A stretch of DNA of 64,000 nucleotides from Candidatus Omnitrophota bacterium (GCA_043823435.1 JBDRAV010000003.1:96366-160365); one strand, 5' to 3'; positions 1 to 9,982 are shown, numbered from the stretch's first letter. Notes: generated by a model not told the origin, from the sequence alone. Numbers and translations: made by a program.

Positions 1-461
1 GTCTTCTCCGCCACCGGTTCTGCAGCCGGCAATGGCTTTTCTTCTACTACATGCCTTTTCTCTGGCTTCTTGTGTACTGCTCTGACCTCTTGCGCAGGGT
101 GATGAGGCATCCTGGCTGTATGCGCCCTGGCTTCCTCGACCGCGACAGGAGTGGGGTGGGGGTGCAACGGCTTATGCTCTACATGAGGCGTTTCTTCTTT
201 TTTGACAGCCTTCCTGTGCGTGGCTGCCCTCTTCCTGACAATACCTTGCGGCATAACCTCAGCCGCCGGAATATGCTGCGCCGGCGCATAGTGCGTCGAC
301 GCAGTATGCGCTCTTGCTTTAGGTGCTTTTACGGATTTGCGCGCGGATACTGCAGTCGACTTCTTAGGCGCCATAGCTTTCGTAACCTTGCCCACTAACT
401 TCTTTTTATCTTCTTTTGCCTTCTTTGCTACGGTAACTTTTTTTTCTTTTATCTTTACCAT
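1..461 (-). CDS. infB: translation initiation factor IF-2, N-terminal part (partial, continues past window start)
   Basis: Manual translation of the minus strand from ATG at 461-459 gives MVKIKEKKVTVAKKAKEDKKKLVGKVTKAMAPKK... This is a Lys/Ala/Pro/His-rich low-complexity stretch that stays open to the window edge. It starts 9 nt downstream of nusA, as in the conserved rimP-nusA-infB order. It is absent from the ORF track because no stop lies inside the window. Confidence 0.6.
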   Translation of the reverse strand, partial: MVKIKEKKVTVAKKAKEDKKKLVGKVTKAMAPKKSTAVSARKSVKAPKARAHTASTHYAPAQHIPAAEVMPQGIVRKRAATHRKAVKKEETPHVEHKPLHPHPTPVAVEEARAHTARMPHHPAQEVRAVHKKPEKRHVVEEKPLPAAEPVAEK

Positions 462-470
462 AATCTCTTC

Positions 471-1676
471 TTATTTTTTAGCTCTTTTTGCCTGCTCAAT
501 AATCTTCTCTGCCTTCTTCTCTCCTATGCCTTTCACCTTCGTCAATCCGTCAATACCGGCCTGCAGGATATCTTCTATGCTCTTAAACCCGGCATCATGA
601 AGACCCTCGATGGTCTTCTCTCCCACTCCGGATAATCCTTCCAGCGAGACAGATTTCTTTCTTACCTTGGCCTTCTTCTCTACCTTCTCTACCTTAACCT
701 CTTTTTCTTCCTCTTGGGCCTTCTTTGCCTCGGAAGAGGTGGCCTTTGTGCGTATATCCAATTCCCAACCTATAAGGCGGGATGCAAGCCTGACATTCTG
801 GCCGTGCTTACCGATAGATAAGGAAAGCTGATCATCGTCTACAATGACCTCCGCCTTAAGGTTCTCCTTATCCAGTTTTATTTCCGATACCTTAGCCGGA
901 GAAAGAGCTGCTTTTATATACTCCCTAATATCGTCGCTATAGCGCACGATATCTATCTTCTCGCCCTGTAATTCATTCACTATATTCCTGATACGGTTAC
1001 CCCGCATGCCTACGCAGGCGCCCACAGAATCAACTTTTTCATTCTTGGACCAGACAGCTATCTTGCTGCGCGCTCCCGGCTCGCGTGAAATAGATCTTAT
1101 CTCAACTATACCCTCGTAAATCTCGGGAACCTCCAGCTCAAATAATCTCTTAAGGAGGTGCGGGTGCGTACGCGAGAGGATTATCTGGGGCCCTCGCGTA
1201 TCCCTCTTGACGTCAACGACATAAGCGCAGATACGCTGCCCCTGCCTGAACTCTTCTTTAGAGGACTGCTCGCGCTTGAGGATAACACCTTCTGTTTTTC
1301 CTAAAAGGTCGACTATAAGGTTGCCTTTGTCAAACCTGTACACTGTGCCGCTTACGATTTCTCCGACCTTCCCCTGGAACTCGTTAAAGACAACATCCTT
1401 TTCTGCCTCGCGTATCTTCTGTATGATCACCTGTCTGGCCGTAGAAGCGGCAATGCGCCCGAAGTCCATGGAGGTAACCTCTTTATTATTCCTGAAAGCC
1501 TTGATCTTCCCGCTATTACGGTCAAGTTCTACCCTTAATTCTTCCTCGGGGCTTATATTAAGTACGCGGCGTGCAGCGCTTACCAGGGCGCTCTCAACCG
1601 CCTCAATAAGGATATCCTTCTTTATCCCTTTTTCTCTTTCCATCTGGTCTAATATAGCCAATAGTTCCTGACTCAT
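471..1676 (-). CDS. nusA: transcription termination/antitermination factor NusA
   Basis: 401 aa. NusA N-terminal region, S1 and KH regions, and a C-terminal helix-hairpin-helix ([21 protein letters not shown]). Located between rimP and infB. Confidence 0.95.
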   Translation of the reverse strand: MSQELLAILDQMEREKGIKKDILIEAVESALVSAARRVLNISPEEELRVELDRNSGKIKAFRNNKEVTSMDFGRIAASTARQVIIQKIREAEKDVVFNEFQGKVGEIVSGTVYRFDKGNLIVDLLGKTEGVILKREQSSKEEFRQGQRICAYVVDVKRDTRGPQIILSRTHPHLLKRLFELEVPEIYEGIVEIRSISREPGARSKIAVWSKNEKVDSVGACVGMRGNRIRNIVNELQGEKIDIVRYSDDIREYIKAALSPAKVSEIKLDKENLKAEVIVDDDQLSLSIGKHGQNVRLASRLIGWELDIRTKATSSEAKKAQEEEKEVKVEKVEKKAKVRKKSVSLEGLSGVGEKTIEGLHDAGFKSIEDILQAGIDGLTKVKGIGEKKAEKIIEQAKRAKK

Positions 1677-1701
1677 CTTGATCTCCGATCCTTAAATAGC
1701 G

Positions 1702-2166
1702 TTACTCTATCACCTGCTTTGCCTTGTTGATCTTTACCAAAGGTATCCTTATAACCTTATCGCCTTTATCAATATATACAGAATCATCCTCTGCCTTATT
1801 TATCGATCCTTCAAGCTCAATCTTATCATTCACCGGCTCATTAAGGAACAACCTTACTCTCCTGCCGATGCAACGCAGGAAATCGCTCTTTTCCTTAAGG
1901 GGACGATCGAGCCCGGGCGAGGATATCTCGAGGGTATATCTACCCTCCTCTAATAATCCTCTTTCATCAAGCAGGTTACTTATGCTGATATTAAGACGGC
2001 TGCATTCATCAACGGTTATTCCTCCCTCAGGCCTGTCAGCCAGTACCCGCAGGATAAAGCCATTACCTTCATGCCGCAGGATAAGGTCTACCAGGTCCAA
2101 TCCCTGAACCTTAAGGTATTCCACGATCATATCGCGTAACTGCGATATGGTTTCCTGTTTATCCAT
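1702..2166 (-). CDS. rimP: ribosome maturation factor RimP
   Basis: 154 aa with a RimP-like sequence (LEISSPGLDRPL). Immediately upstream of nusA. Confidence 0.9.
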   Translation of the reverse strand: MDKQETISQLRDMIVEYLKVQGLDLVDLILRHEGNGFILRVLADRPEGGITVDECSRLNISISNLLDERGLLEEGRYTLEISSPGLDRPLKEKSDFLRCIGRRVRLFLNEPVNDKIELEGSINKAEDDSVYIDKGDKVIRIPLVKINKAKQVIE

Positions 2167-3409
2167 TCATAAACCCCTTTATCTCTTCCAGTATTTCGGC
2201 TTTCGGTTTAACGGTCTTCTTCTGATTGCGGCGTATTTTTAATTCCAGCGTATTATTTTTAAGGGACTCCCGGCCGATGATGACCTGAAGCGATATCCCC
2301 AGAAGGTCGGCATCCTTGAATTTCACTCCGGCGCGTTCGTCGCGGTCATCAAGGAGCACCTGGAGACCGCCTTGCCTTAATTCCTTATAAAGCTCTTCTG
2401 CCCTGCCCATGATATCCCCTTCGGTAGTATCCAATGGCAGGATGATCACATGGTAAGGACTTATTTCTTTGGGCCAGACGATACCGTCTTTATCATTATT
2501 CTGCGCAATTATCGCCGACACCAGCCGCGATACGCCTATGCCGTAACAACCCATGATCAAGGGTTTCTGTTCTCCCTTGGCGTCTATAAAGTTAGCCTCT
2601 AACGCCGAACTGTATCTGGTGCCTAATTTGAAGATGTGCCCCAATTCAATGGTATTAGCCTTTTCTAAATCTGATTTACACGCCGGGCATTTTCCCCTTT
2701 CCATTTCTTTGGAACTCCTGGCAAACCTGCATTTCGGGCAGAATAAAACCATATCTTCGCCGTCGGGAGCAGGGGCCATAAACTCATGCGACACCTTACC
2801 GCCCATCACCCCCGGGTCTGCCTCAGTAGTCAGGATATCCAACCCGCACCTCTTGAATATCCTGTTATAGGCATTGTGCATCTCTCTATAATTCCTCTCC
2901 AATCCGGCTTCATCCAGATCAAAGCTGTAAGCGTCTTTCATGATAAATTCACACGCCCTGATCAGGCCGAAACGCGGACGGATCTCATCGCGGAATTTAG
3001 TCTGTATCTGATAGAGCAGCAAAGGCAATTGTTTGTAAGATACGACGTGGCTCTTTACCAGCTCCGTGATTACCTCTTCGTGCGTCGGCCCAAGGCAAAC
3101 ATTCCTTTTTTTGCGGTCGGTGAACCTGAGCATTACCTCCGCGATATCCTTGTCGCGTCCGGACTTCAACCATAATTCCAGCGGCTGTAAGGCCGGAAGG
3201 AGCAATTCGCTGGCTCCGGATGCGTTCATCTCCTGGCGGATTATACCCTGTATATTATTCAACACCCTCAACCCCAATGGTAGATATGAATACACTCCTG
3301 CCATAAGCATACGTACAAGCCCGGCGCGCAACATCAGCTGCTGGCTAACCGATTCGGCTTCCTGGGGTGTTTCCTTCAGAGTAGGGATAAAATCCTTTGA
3401 CCAGAGCAT
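2159..3409 (-). CDS. proS: prolyl-tRNA synthetase, short form lacking the INS editing domain
   Basis: 416 aa. Bacterial-type ProRS N-terminus (FIPTLKETPQEAESVSQQLMLRAGL), class II motifs (FRDEIRPRFGLIRACEF, GCYGIGVSRL) and a C-terminal anticodon-binding domain. A roughly 35-aa CPKC...CPAC segment sits where INS normally lies. Confidence 0.9.
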   Translation of the reverse strand: MLWSKDFIPTLKETPQEAESVSQQLMLRAGLVRMLMAGVYSYLPLGLRVLNNIQGIIRQEMNASGASELLLPALQPLELWLKSGRDKDIAEVMLRFTDRKKRNVCLGPTHEEVITELVKSHVVSYKQLPLLLYQIQTKFRDEIRPRFGLIRACEFIMKDAYSFDLDEAGLERNYREMHNAYNRIFKRCGLDILTTEADPGVMGGKVSHEFMAPAPDGEDMVLFCPKCRFARSSKEMERGKCPACKSDLEKANTIELGHIFKLGTRYSSALEANFIDAKGEQKPLIMGCYGIGVSRLVSAIIAQNNDKDGIVWPKEISPYHVIILPLDTTEGDIMGRAEELYKELRQGGLQVLLDDRDERAGVKFKDADLLGISLQVIIGRESLKNNTLELKIRRNQKKTVKPKAEILEEIKGFMNG

Positions 3410-3415
3410 ATTTAC

Positions 3416-4507
3416 TTAATAAGCCTCTTTTAATAAAATATCCGCGCACTTATCCGCGGAGACTTTCCTTATCGTCTTACCCTTTTTAAATAAGAGTCCT
3501 TCTTTTCTGCCGAAAGCAACGCCTATATCCGCCTCCCTCGCCTCTCCGGGCCCGTTTACTACACAGCCCATTACGGCTATCTTGAGCGGCTTAGCGGGCA
3601 GCTGATATCTCCTGCCTCTGCGGCAGACAGAGATAGCGGATAGTTTCTTTTCCAGGCTTTTTACCACTCCGACCAGGTCAACTTCACAGCGCCCGCATGT
3701 AGGACAGCTGATAATCTGCGGCCCGTAACAGCGTAACCCCATAGCCTCCAATATGGATTTGGCGGCATTTACTTCGGCTGCGGGCTTATCCGTAAGTGAT
3801 ACCCTTATTGTATCACCAATGCCTTCAAATAGCAAAACACTTAACGCGATTGCTGACTTTATGGCCCCGGAATAAGGAAGGCCACTTGCGGTCACCCCTA
3901 AATGAAAAGGGTAATCGCAAAGCCGGGCCATCCGGCGGTATGCTTCTATGGTATCAAAGATATCCGATGCCTTCAGGGAGATAACGATATCGTAAAACCG
4001 CATCTTTTCAATGATCTTTATGTAGTCCAGGGCGGCCCTGACCATCGCCTGCGGAACTCCTTTTGCCTTAGCTGTCCGGTTTACTGCTATCGGCAGAGAA
4101 CCGGAGTTAAGCCCTACCCTTATAGGAATGCGGTTAAGGCTTGCGGCTTTTACGACCTCGCGTATCTGGCCTTTCTTATGGATATTTCCAGGGTTCAGCC
4201 TTATCTTATCTGCCCCGTTTTCAATGGCCTCTATGGCCAGTCGCCAGTCAAAATGTATATCCGCGACTATGGGAATAGCAGTTAGCGGTTTTATCTTTTT
4301 TAATGCCCTGGCATCATGGCTGTCTTTAACTGCAATCCGCACAATCTCGCAGCCTGCGCTCTCAAGTTCCCGTATCTGACTTATTGTCTTTACGGTATCA
4401 GAGGTCCTGGTCTTGACCATGGACTGTACGGCAACGGGATTCTCCGCTCCGATCCTGACGTTTCCGATATTTATTTCCCGGGTCTTGCGTCTTTTTATAG
4501 GGCTCAT
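3416..4507 (-). CDS. ispG: 4-hydroxy-3-methylbut-2-en-1-yl diphosphate synthase
   Basis: 363 aa. GcpE family with the C-terminal Cys motif (SCPTCGRC ... GCVVNGPGE). Confidence 0.95.
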   Translation of the reverse strand: MSPIKRRKTREINIGNVRIGAENPVAVQSMVKTRTSDTVKTISQIRELESAGCEIVRIAVKDSHDARALKKIKPLTAIPIVADIHFDWRLAIEAIENGADKIRLNPGNIHKKGQIREVVKAASLNRIPIRVGLNSGSLPIAVNRTAKAKGVPQAMVRAALDYIKIIEKMRFYDIVISLKASDIFDTIEAYRRMARLCDYPFHLGVTASGLPYSGAIKSAIALSVLLFEGIGDTIRVSLTDKPAAEVNAAKSILEAMGLRCYGPQIISCPTCGRCEVDLVGVVKSLEKKLSAISVCRRGRRYQLPAKPLKIAVMGCVVNGPGEAREADIGVAFGRKEGLLFKKGKTIRKVSADKCADILLKEAY

Positions 4508-5586
4508 TATTTAACCAGATTGGATATTTTATCCTGGAAGATCTTTAAGATATCATTATATGTAGCGAATAACGCCAATGCTACGATAAGGGAAAAACCT
4601 ATCTGAGTAATAATGCGCTCTGCTTTTATACCCATCTGCCTGCCCCTGATCTTCTCTATGGCCAATAATACGATGTGGCCTCCGTCTAATACAGGCAAAG
4701 GCAGGAGGTTGAATATGCATAAACTCACGCTTAAGACCGCCACCAGATGCAGGAGCGCGATTATCCCGATGCTCGCCGCCTTGGATGTGATATAAAAAAT
4801 ACCCAGGGGGCCGGTTATTGACTCGCTCATGGAGAGCTTACCCGTAACCATCCGCCAGAGCGCCTTGTAAGTCAGGGCTGTTAAACCAAGCGTTTTCTTT
4901 ACGCCCAAATAAAAAGACTTAAAAAAACCGTGCCTTATCTTTACAATCTCTTCTGCCGGCGTTATGCCGATCAGCCCTACATTGCGCTTCGCGCCCAGAG
5001 CGTCATCCAGGCTCCTCTCTTTTATCAGTATATCAAAGTTGTATTCTTTATTATCGCGCAGGACCAAAACCGCTACTTCCCCTGATTTCTTCCTGATTTG
5101 AATGGCCCTCTGAAGATCTTCCCAATATTCTACGCGCTCTCCATCCACGGCCATGATCTCGTCTCCCACTTCTATGCCCGCGTCTTTGGCGCCATAGCCG
5201 TCCAATAACCCGCCTACTTTCGCGGTAAGAGTAGGATAACCTGTAAAGAATATCAGCCAAAAACACAAAAAACCCAGCACATAATTCAATAAGGGGCCAA
5301 AGAATATTATCTGCGCCCGCTCCAACGGCTTCTTGCTCAGGTATTCATCGGGCTTATTACTGAATTCTTCCATGTTATCACCGGCCATTTTCACGTATCC
5401 GCCTAAGGGGATCAAATTTATGCTGTATTCGGTATCCCCCTTCTTCCTGCTCAGCAGGCGCCTGCCGAAACCAAAAGAAAACTTTTCAACCCTCACCCCC
5501 AATCTCTTGGCAGCAATAAAGTGTCCGAACTCATGTACGGTTATCAGCACCCCTAATATCAACAAGAATATAAGCGTAGTAACCAT
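4507..5586 (-). CDS. rseP: RIP site-2 metalloprotease (M50 family) RseP
   Basis: 359 aa. HEFGH zinc motif in TM1, a PDZ-like middle region, and a C-terminal NLLPLPVLDGG motif. Conserved position after dxr. Confidence 0.9.
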   Translation of the reverse strand: MVTTLIFLLILGVLITVHEFGHFIAAKRLGVRVEKFSFGFGRRLLSRKKGDTEYSINLIPLGGYVKMAGDNMEEFSNKPDEYLSKKPLERAQIIFFGPLLNYVLGFLCFWLIFFTGYPTLTAKVGGLLDGYGAKDAGIEVGDEIMAVDGERVEYWEDLQRAIQIRKKSGEVAVLVLRDNKEYNFDILIKERSLDDALGAKRNVGLIGITPAEEIVKIRHGFFKSFYLGVKKTLGLTALTYKALWRMVTGKLSMSESITGPLGIFYITSKAASIGIIALLHLVAVLSVSLCIFNLLPLPVLDGGHIVLLAIEKIRGRQMGIKAERIITQIGFSLIVALALFATYNDILKIFQDKISNLVK

Positions 5587-5590
5587 AACG

Positions 5591-6748
5591 TTATTTCTCC
5601 TTACGGATTAAATTATACGCCTCTCTCCTGGCCCATGCATCTATGTTAATGATATCTCCCATACCGGGCTCGGCAATATTGCGGTGCTTATCCATGACTT
5701 TTTCAATAACCCTGGGTATAGAAACAAAACCCAGCCCGCCTTTTAAGAATTCGTACACGCAGGCTTCATTAGCGGCATTCAGCACCGCGGGAGCAGTGCC
5801 CCGTTCATTAGCGGCCCGATATGCCAACCCCAGGCAGGGAAATTTACCGAAATCCGGTTCATAAAAATCGAATTTTTTTATTTTACAGAAATCTATCTCC
5901 GGGAGCCTTGTAGGCAGCCTTTCAGGATAAGTTAATGCATACTGTATGGGTATACGCATATCCGTAACCGAAAGTTGCGCCATGACTACCCCGTCTTCAA
6001 ACTCGACCATGGAATGTATTATCGCCTGCGGGTGCACAATAACTTTTATCCTCTTCGGCTCGATGTCAAATAGGTACATCGCCTCAAGCACCTCAAGCCC
6101 CTTGTTCATCAGGTTCGCCGAATCCACACTGATCTTAGGCCCCATGCTCCACCTCGGGTGCTTCAAGGCATCGGAAACAGAGATATTTTTAAGGTCTCTT
6201 TTGTGCGTCTTCCGGAAAGGCCCTCCCGAAGCAGTAAGGTAGATATTCTTAATATTACCCCGGCCTTCCCCATTCAGACACTGCCATATAGCAGACTGTT
6301 CGCTATCAACAGGTATTATATTCACTCCCCTGCGGCGCGCTTTCTTCATTATTAACGGGCCAGCCATGATGAATGCCTCTTTGTTAGCCAGGGCAACATC
6401 TTTCCCGGTGTCTATAGATTTTACTAAGGCCGGCAGCGCTGCAGCGCCGCTTACCGCCAGGACGACCTTATCTATGCGTTTATCCAGAAGCATCTTTTCT
6501 AAGGCAGACTCTCCGGAGAAAAGTTTAACACGCCTGCCCTTGAGCCTGGTTCCCAGCCTTGCGGAAGCTTCTTCATCTCGCACGCAGACAAGTTCAGGAT
6601 GAAAATCCTTTATCTGCCGGTATAAAAGGCCAATATTGGAACTTGCGCTTAAGCCAAGGGCGCGGAATTTTCCGGGAAAACTCCGGATCACCTCCAGGGT
6701 ATTGCGGCCTATGGAACCTGTCGAACCTAATATGGCGATACGTTTCAT
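5591..6748 (-). CDS. dxr: 1-deoxy-D-xylulose-5-phosphate reductoisomerase
   Basis: 385 aa. N-terminal GSTGSIG NADPH-binding motif and Dxr family body. Confidence 0.95.
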   Translation of the reverse strand: MKRIAILGSTGSIGRNTLEVIRSFPGKFRALGLSASSNIGLLYRQIKDFHPELVCVRDEEASARLGTRLKGRRVKLFSGESALEKMLLDKRIDKVVLAVSGAAALPALVKSIDTGKDVALANKEAFIMAGPLIMKKARRRGVNIIPVDSEQSAIWQCLNGEGRGNIKNIYLTASGGPFRKTHKRDLKNISVSDALKHPRWSMGPKISVDSANLMNKGLEVLEAMYLFDIEPKRIKVIVHPQAIIHSMVEFEDGVVMAQLSVTDMRIPIQYALTYPERLPTRLPEIDFCKIKKFDFYEPDFGKFPCLGLAYRAANERGTAPAVLNAANEACVYEFLKGGLGFVSIPRVIEKVMDKHRNIAEPGMGDIINIDAWARREAYNLIRKEK

Positions 6749-6751
6749 CGT

Positions 6752-7540
6752 TTAGGACGATATCATGTAAAAGTAGAATACCGGGGCCGTAAAAAGCAGG
6801 CTGTCGATAAAATCCAAAACTCCTCCCATGCCGGGAAGCGCGCGTCCTGAGTCTTTTACCTGGCAGTCGCGTTTCATCAGCGACTCGGATAAGTCTCCCA
6901 ATTGCCCCAGTATACCCAAAGAGACACCCATAAATACAAGGTGTGCATACCCCGCATTTAAGAATGGTTTAGTTATAATGGCTCCCAATACGCTGAATAA
7001 CAGCCCGCCGATAGCCCCCTCTACCGATTTCTTTGGGCTGATGCGGGGTATCAGGGGGGTTTTACCTAAACGCGAACCGATAAAGTAAGCTCCGATATCG
7101 CCTAATTTTGTTATGCATATTACGGCGAGGATCAACCCGGCTCCCCCGTCAAGATACCTGATCTTGATCATAAAACTCAGGAACCATGAAACATAGAGTA
7201 TGCCGAATATAGTCGCCGAGATATCCACGATCACGCCGGAATTATCGCGACGCCTAAACTGCATGATTATCAAAAACAGCAATGCCAGGACTATAAAAAG
7301 GAATTCCCAGTTACGCGTAAGTTCAAAACGGAATAATATCGAAAGGGGTACAATCGTCCCCATCGCGATGCCGAAATATTTATATATGTGTGTGCCCTTG
7401 TTTTCGAGCATGGTAAAAAACTCATAAAGCCCGGCGGCAATAAAAACGGTCACCAGTAATCCAAAGAGCCAGTCAACTGATATGGTCAAGGCCAGGAAAC
7501 AAAAGAGTACCGCCGCGCTAACTATCCTCTTTATCAGCAT
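6752..7540 (-). CDS. cdsA: phosphatidate cytidylyltransferase
   Basis: 262 aa. Polytopic membrane protein with the CdsA C-terminal signature (SxxKRxxxxKDxGxxxPGHGGxxD-like: SLMKRDCQVKDSGRALPGMGGVLD). Confidence 0.9.
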   Translation of the reverse strand: MLIKRIVSAAVLFCFLALTISVDWLFGLLVTVFIAAGLYEFFTMLENKGTHIYKYFGIAMGTIVPLSILFRFELTRNWEFLFIVLALLFLIIMQFRRRDNSGVIVDISATIFGILYVSWFLSFMIKIRYLDGGAGLILAVICITKLGDIGAYFIGSRLGKTPLIPRISPKKSVEGAIGGLLFSVLGAIITKPFLNAGYAHLVFMGVSLGILGQLGDLSESLMKRDCQVKDSGRALPGMGGVLDFIDSLLFTAPVFYFYMISS

Positions 7541-8249
7541 CTATACCTCCGAATCTGCGTTCCCTTTTCTGATAAATATCTATCGCCTTTATTAAATCCT
7601 CTTTGCCGAAATCAGGCCAGCATTTCCTGGAAAAATACAATTCGGCGTAAGAAAGCTGCCAGAGGAGAAAATTGCTTATGCGCATTTCACCACTAGTACG
7701 GATCAAAAGATCCGGATCGGGTAAGCCGGCGGTATAAAGATAGCTACCAAAGGCCTCTTCATCCAGCCCCTTTGAATCAACCTCTCCCCTGATAACCGCA
7801 TTGGCAAATTTATTTGCAGCGTCCACTATCTCCTGCCTGGATCCGTAATTCAGGGCCAGGATAAAAGTGAGGCCGGTATTATCCTTAGTGCGCGCCTGGG
7901 CCTTTCTTATCTTAAGAAGGAGGTGTTGCGGTATAGGCTTATCCCTGCCGATGGCAAGAAACCTGATATTCTCCTTATCCAGCTTGCCTATCTCTCGGTT
8001 AAGGAAATTATCCATGGCGCGCATAAGCAGGTTAACTTCTCTTTTAGGCCTGATCCAGTTCTCGGCAGAAAAAGCGAATAACGTCACTGCCTCAATCCCT
8101 AATTCAGCCGCTGCCCTGATTATCTCCCTTACCCTCTTGATTCCGGCGTGGTGCCCGGCAGTCCGCGGCAGGCCCCTCTCTTTTGCCCAGCGGCCGTTGC
8201 CATCCATGATTATCGCGATATGCCTGGGAATATTATCTCTAGCTAACAT
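7518..8249 (-). CDS. uppS: di-trans,poly-cis-undecaprenyl-diphosphate synthase
   Basis: 243 aa. HIAIIMDGNGRWA and RTSGEMRISNFLLWQ motifs. Confidence 0.95.
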   Translation of the reverse strand: MLARDNIPRHIAIIMDGNGRWAKERGLPRTAGHHAGIKRVREIIRAAAELGIEAVTLFAFSAENWIRPKREVNLLMRAMDNFLNREIGKLDKENIRFLAIGRDKPIPQHLLLKIRKAQARTKDNTGLTFILALNYGSRQEIVDAANKFANAVIRGEVDSKGLDEEAFGSYLYTAGLPDPDLLIRTSGEMRISNFLLWQLSYAELYFSRKCWPDFGKEDLIKAIDIYQKRERRFGGIDADKEDS

Positions 8250-8253
8250 ATTT

Positions 8254-8318
8254 TAGTCCATAGTTCCTTGTTCATAGCTCATAGTAGACAATGAGCTAAA
8301 AATTATGAACTATGAAAA
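8254..8318. repeat. two-armed heptanucleotide-periodic palindrome
   Basis: Left arm: tagtcca tagttcc ttgttca tagctca tagtaga. Right arm: atgagct aaaaatt atgaact atgaaaa. tagctcat/atgagcta and catagttc/gaactatg are perfect 8-bp complements. Confidence 0.75.
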
Positions 8319-8328
8319 AACCGCTATT

Positions 8329-9906
8329 CTACTGATGAACTCTATAATCTATATCCGGGAAGATATTGTCCTTATATTCAATATCGGTAAGCCAGTTTTC
8401 ATCCAGGGAATTCGATTTTATATCTTCGTATATGCGGTTAAACCTCAGAAGGTGCTCTTTGGTCCGGCGCACCGCATAGGAGATATGCGTACCTGTACCC
8501 ATAATAAATGCCCAATCAGAACTCTGTGCAAGGAGCAATTCCCTCAGCGCCTGTTTCAAGGCCCTCTTCAAAAGTCCGTCTGCGCGGGGAAAACTCTTTG
8601 CCAGCTCCGTCATCCGTCCGGATGCGGCGTGCAGATGCCGGTAAATCCAGTCATTCGAGCCCTGCAGCCACATCTCGCAATACCCCTTCCAGCCCCAACT
8701 GGATAAAGAAGGGGTGATAACCTGGTTACGCGGGTTCTCCGAGAGGTATTCGCTAGGGGTAATAAGCCGGATGGTCTTCTGGTCAAAAACTATCTTGCGC
8801 ATCAAAAACTCAAGCCACATCGGGCCCTCGTACCACCAATGGCCGAACAATTCAGCGTCATAGGGAGAAACAATGATCGGCTTCTTATGCATGAAATTGT
8901 AAAGATATTCGATCTGCCTTTCTCGGTTAAACATAAAATTACCGGCATGCTCTCCGGCTTTATCCCTAGACCAATCAGGATTATAGGATTCCTTACTTGC
9001 GCCTCCGCTAATGCGGTAATACTTTATCCCCGTATTTATCCTTACGCCGTCAGGGTGAATATACGGCTTTATGTAATCGTAATCCAGATCAAAACCGATA
9101 TCGCGATAAAACTCCCGGTAAACATAGTCCCCGGGATAACCGTCAACCGATGACCAGACCTGTTTGGATGATTCCAGGTCCCTGGCGAAGCAGGCGACAC
9201 CGGTACCCTTGCAATAAGCCGGAGCAAAGACCCCGTATTTAGGCCTCGGCGAACCGTGCAATACGCCGTGGGAATCGGTAAAGAAATAACGGATACCCGC
9301 TTCCTTCATGATCTCGTCATGCCCCGGATGATATCCTGCTTCAGGCAACCATATACCATTCGGCTTCCTACCAAATACGGATTCATAATGGCTTACCGCT
9401 ACTTTAATCTGTGCCCTTACCGATTCCCGGCAGATATCCATTAAAGGGAAAAACCCGTGGGTGGCGCCACAGGTGATGATCTCAAGCTTACCCGCATCCT
9501 GAAAGTTTTTAAAAGCGGTAACCAGGTTACGGTTAAAGCGTTCAAAGGTTTCGCGCGCCTTATAAAAATTATTCATGTACATTACGGCAAGGCGCTGGAA
9601 TTCCGGCTGCCAGCGCGTCCTCTCTGCTTCCTTGTGCGCCAGCTCAATGAGCCTGTTGATATACCTCAGGTACCTCTCCTGCAGCAGGCCGTCGGTAAGC
9701 ATGGATATCAGTGTAGGGCTCAAAGACATAGTCAGGCGAAAATCCACATTGTCGTTTAATAAACTCTCGAGCCTTAGGATCAACGGTATATAGGTTTCGG
9801 TTATAGCTTCATATAGCCAATCCTCTTCCAGGAAAGCCGGGTGCTCGGGATGGCGCACATAAGGAAGATGGCCGTGCAAGACTAAACATAAATAACCTTT
9901 ATGCAT
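8329..9906 (-). CDS. glycoside hydrolase family 57 protein (alpha-glucan branching-enzyme type)
   Basis: 525 aa. GH57-type N-terminus (LCLVLHGHLPYVRHPE) and a catalytic-region-like WLPEAGY stretch. Assigned by family recognition only. Confidence 0.85.
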   Translation of the reverse strand: MHKGYLCLVLHGHLPYVRHPEHPAFLEEDWLYEAITETYIPLILRLESLLNDNVDFRLTMSLSPTLISMLTDGLLQERYLRYINRLIELAHKEAERTRWQPEFQRLAVMYMNNFYKARETFERFNRNLVTAFKNFQDAGKLEIITCGATHGFFPLMDICRESVRAQIKVAVSHYESVFGRKPNGIWLPEAGYHPGHDEIMKEAGIRYFFTDSHGVLHGSPRPKYGVFAPAYCKGTGVACFARDLESSKQVWSSVDGYPGDYVYREFYRDIGFDLDYDYIKPYIHPDGVRINTGIKYYRISGGASKESYNPDWSRDKAGEHAGNFMFNRERQIEYLYNFMHKKPIIVSPYDAELFGHWWYEGPMWLEFLMRKIVFDQKTIRLITPSEYLSENPRNQVITPSLSSWGWKGYCEMWLQGSNDWIYRHLHAASGRMTELAKSFPRADGLLKRALKQALRELLLAQSSDWAFIMGTGTHISYAVRRTKEHLLRFNRIYEDIKSNSLDENWLTDIEYKDNIFPDIDYRVHQ

Positions 9907-9920
9907 AGAATACCTCGTTA

Positions 9921-9982
9921 GTTGAGCTCTTTGAGTTTATTAAGTTGCTTGGATTCTAGGACAATATAAACTCAACAAACTC
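9921..9982. repeat. imperfect palindrome of the GAGTT family
   Basis: ttgagtttat (9931-9940) and ataaactcaa (9966-9975) form a perfect 10-bp inverted repeat. The 12-mer tttgagtttatt is shared with 20333-20344. Confidence 0.65.

Noticed and set aside
5051-5266. Small minus-strand ORFs nested out of frame in rseP (5051-5266), clpP (19828-20010), the beta-barrel gene (40376-40681) and the HMGL gene end (13697-13897).
   Set aside because: They are Arg/Gly-rich out-of-frame translations of well-supported genes. They have no independent signals.
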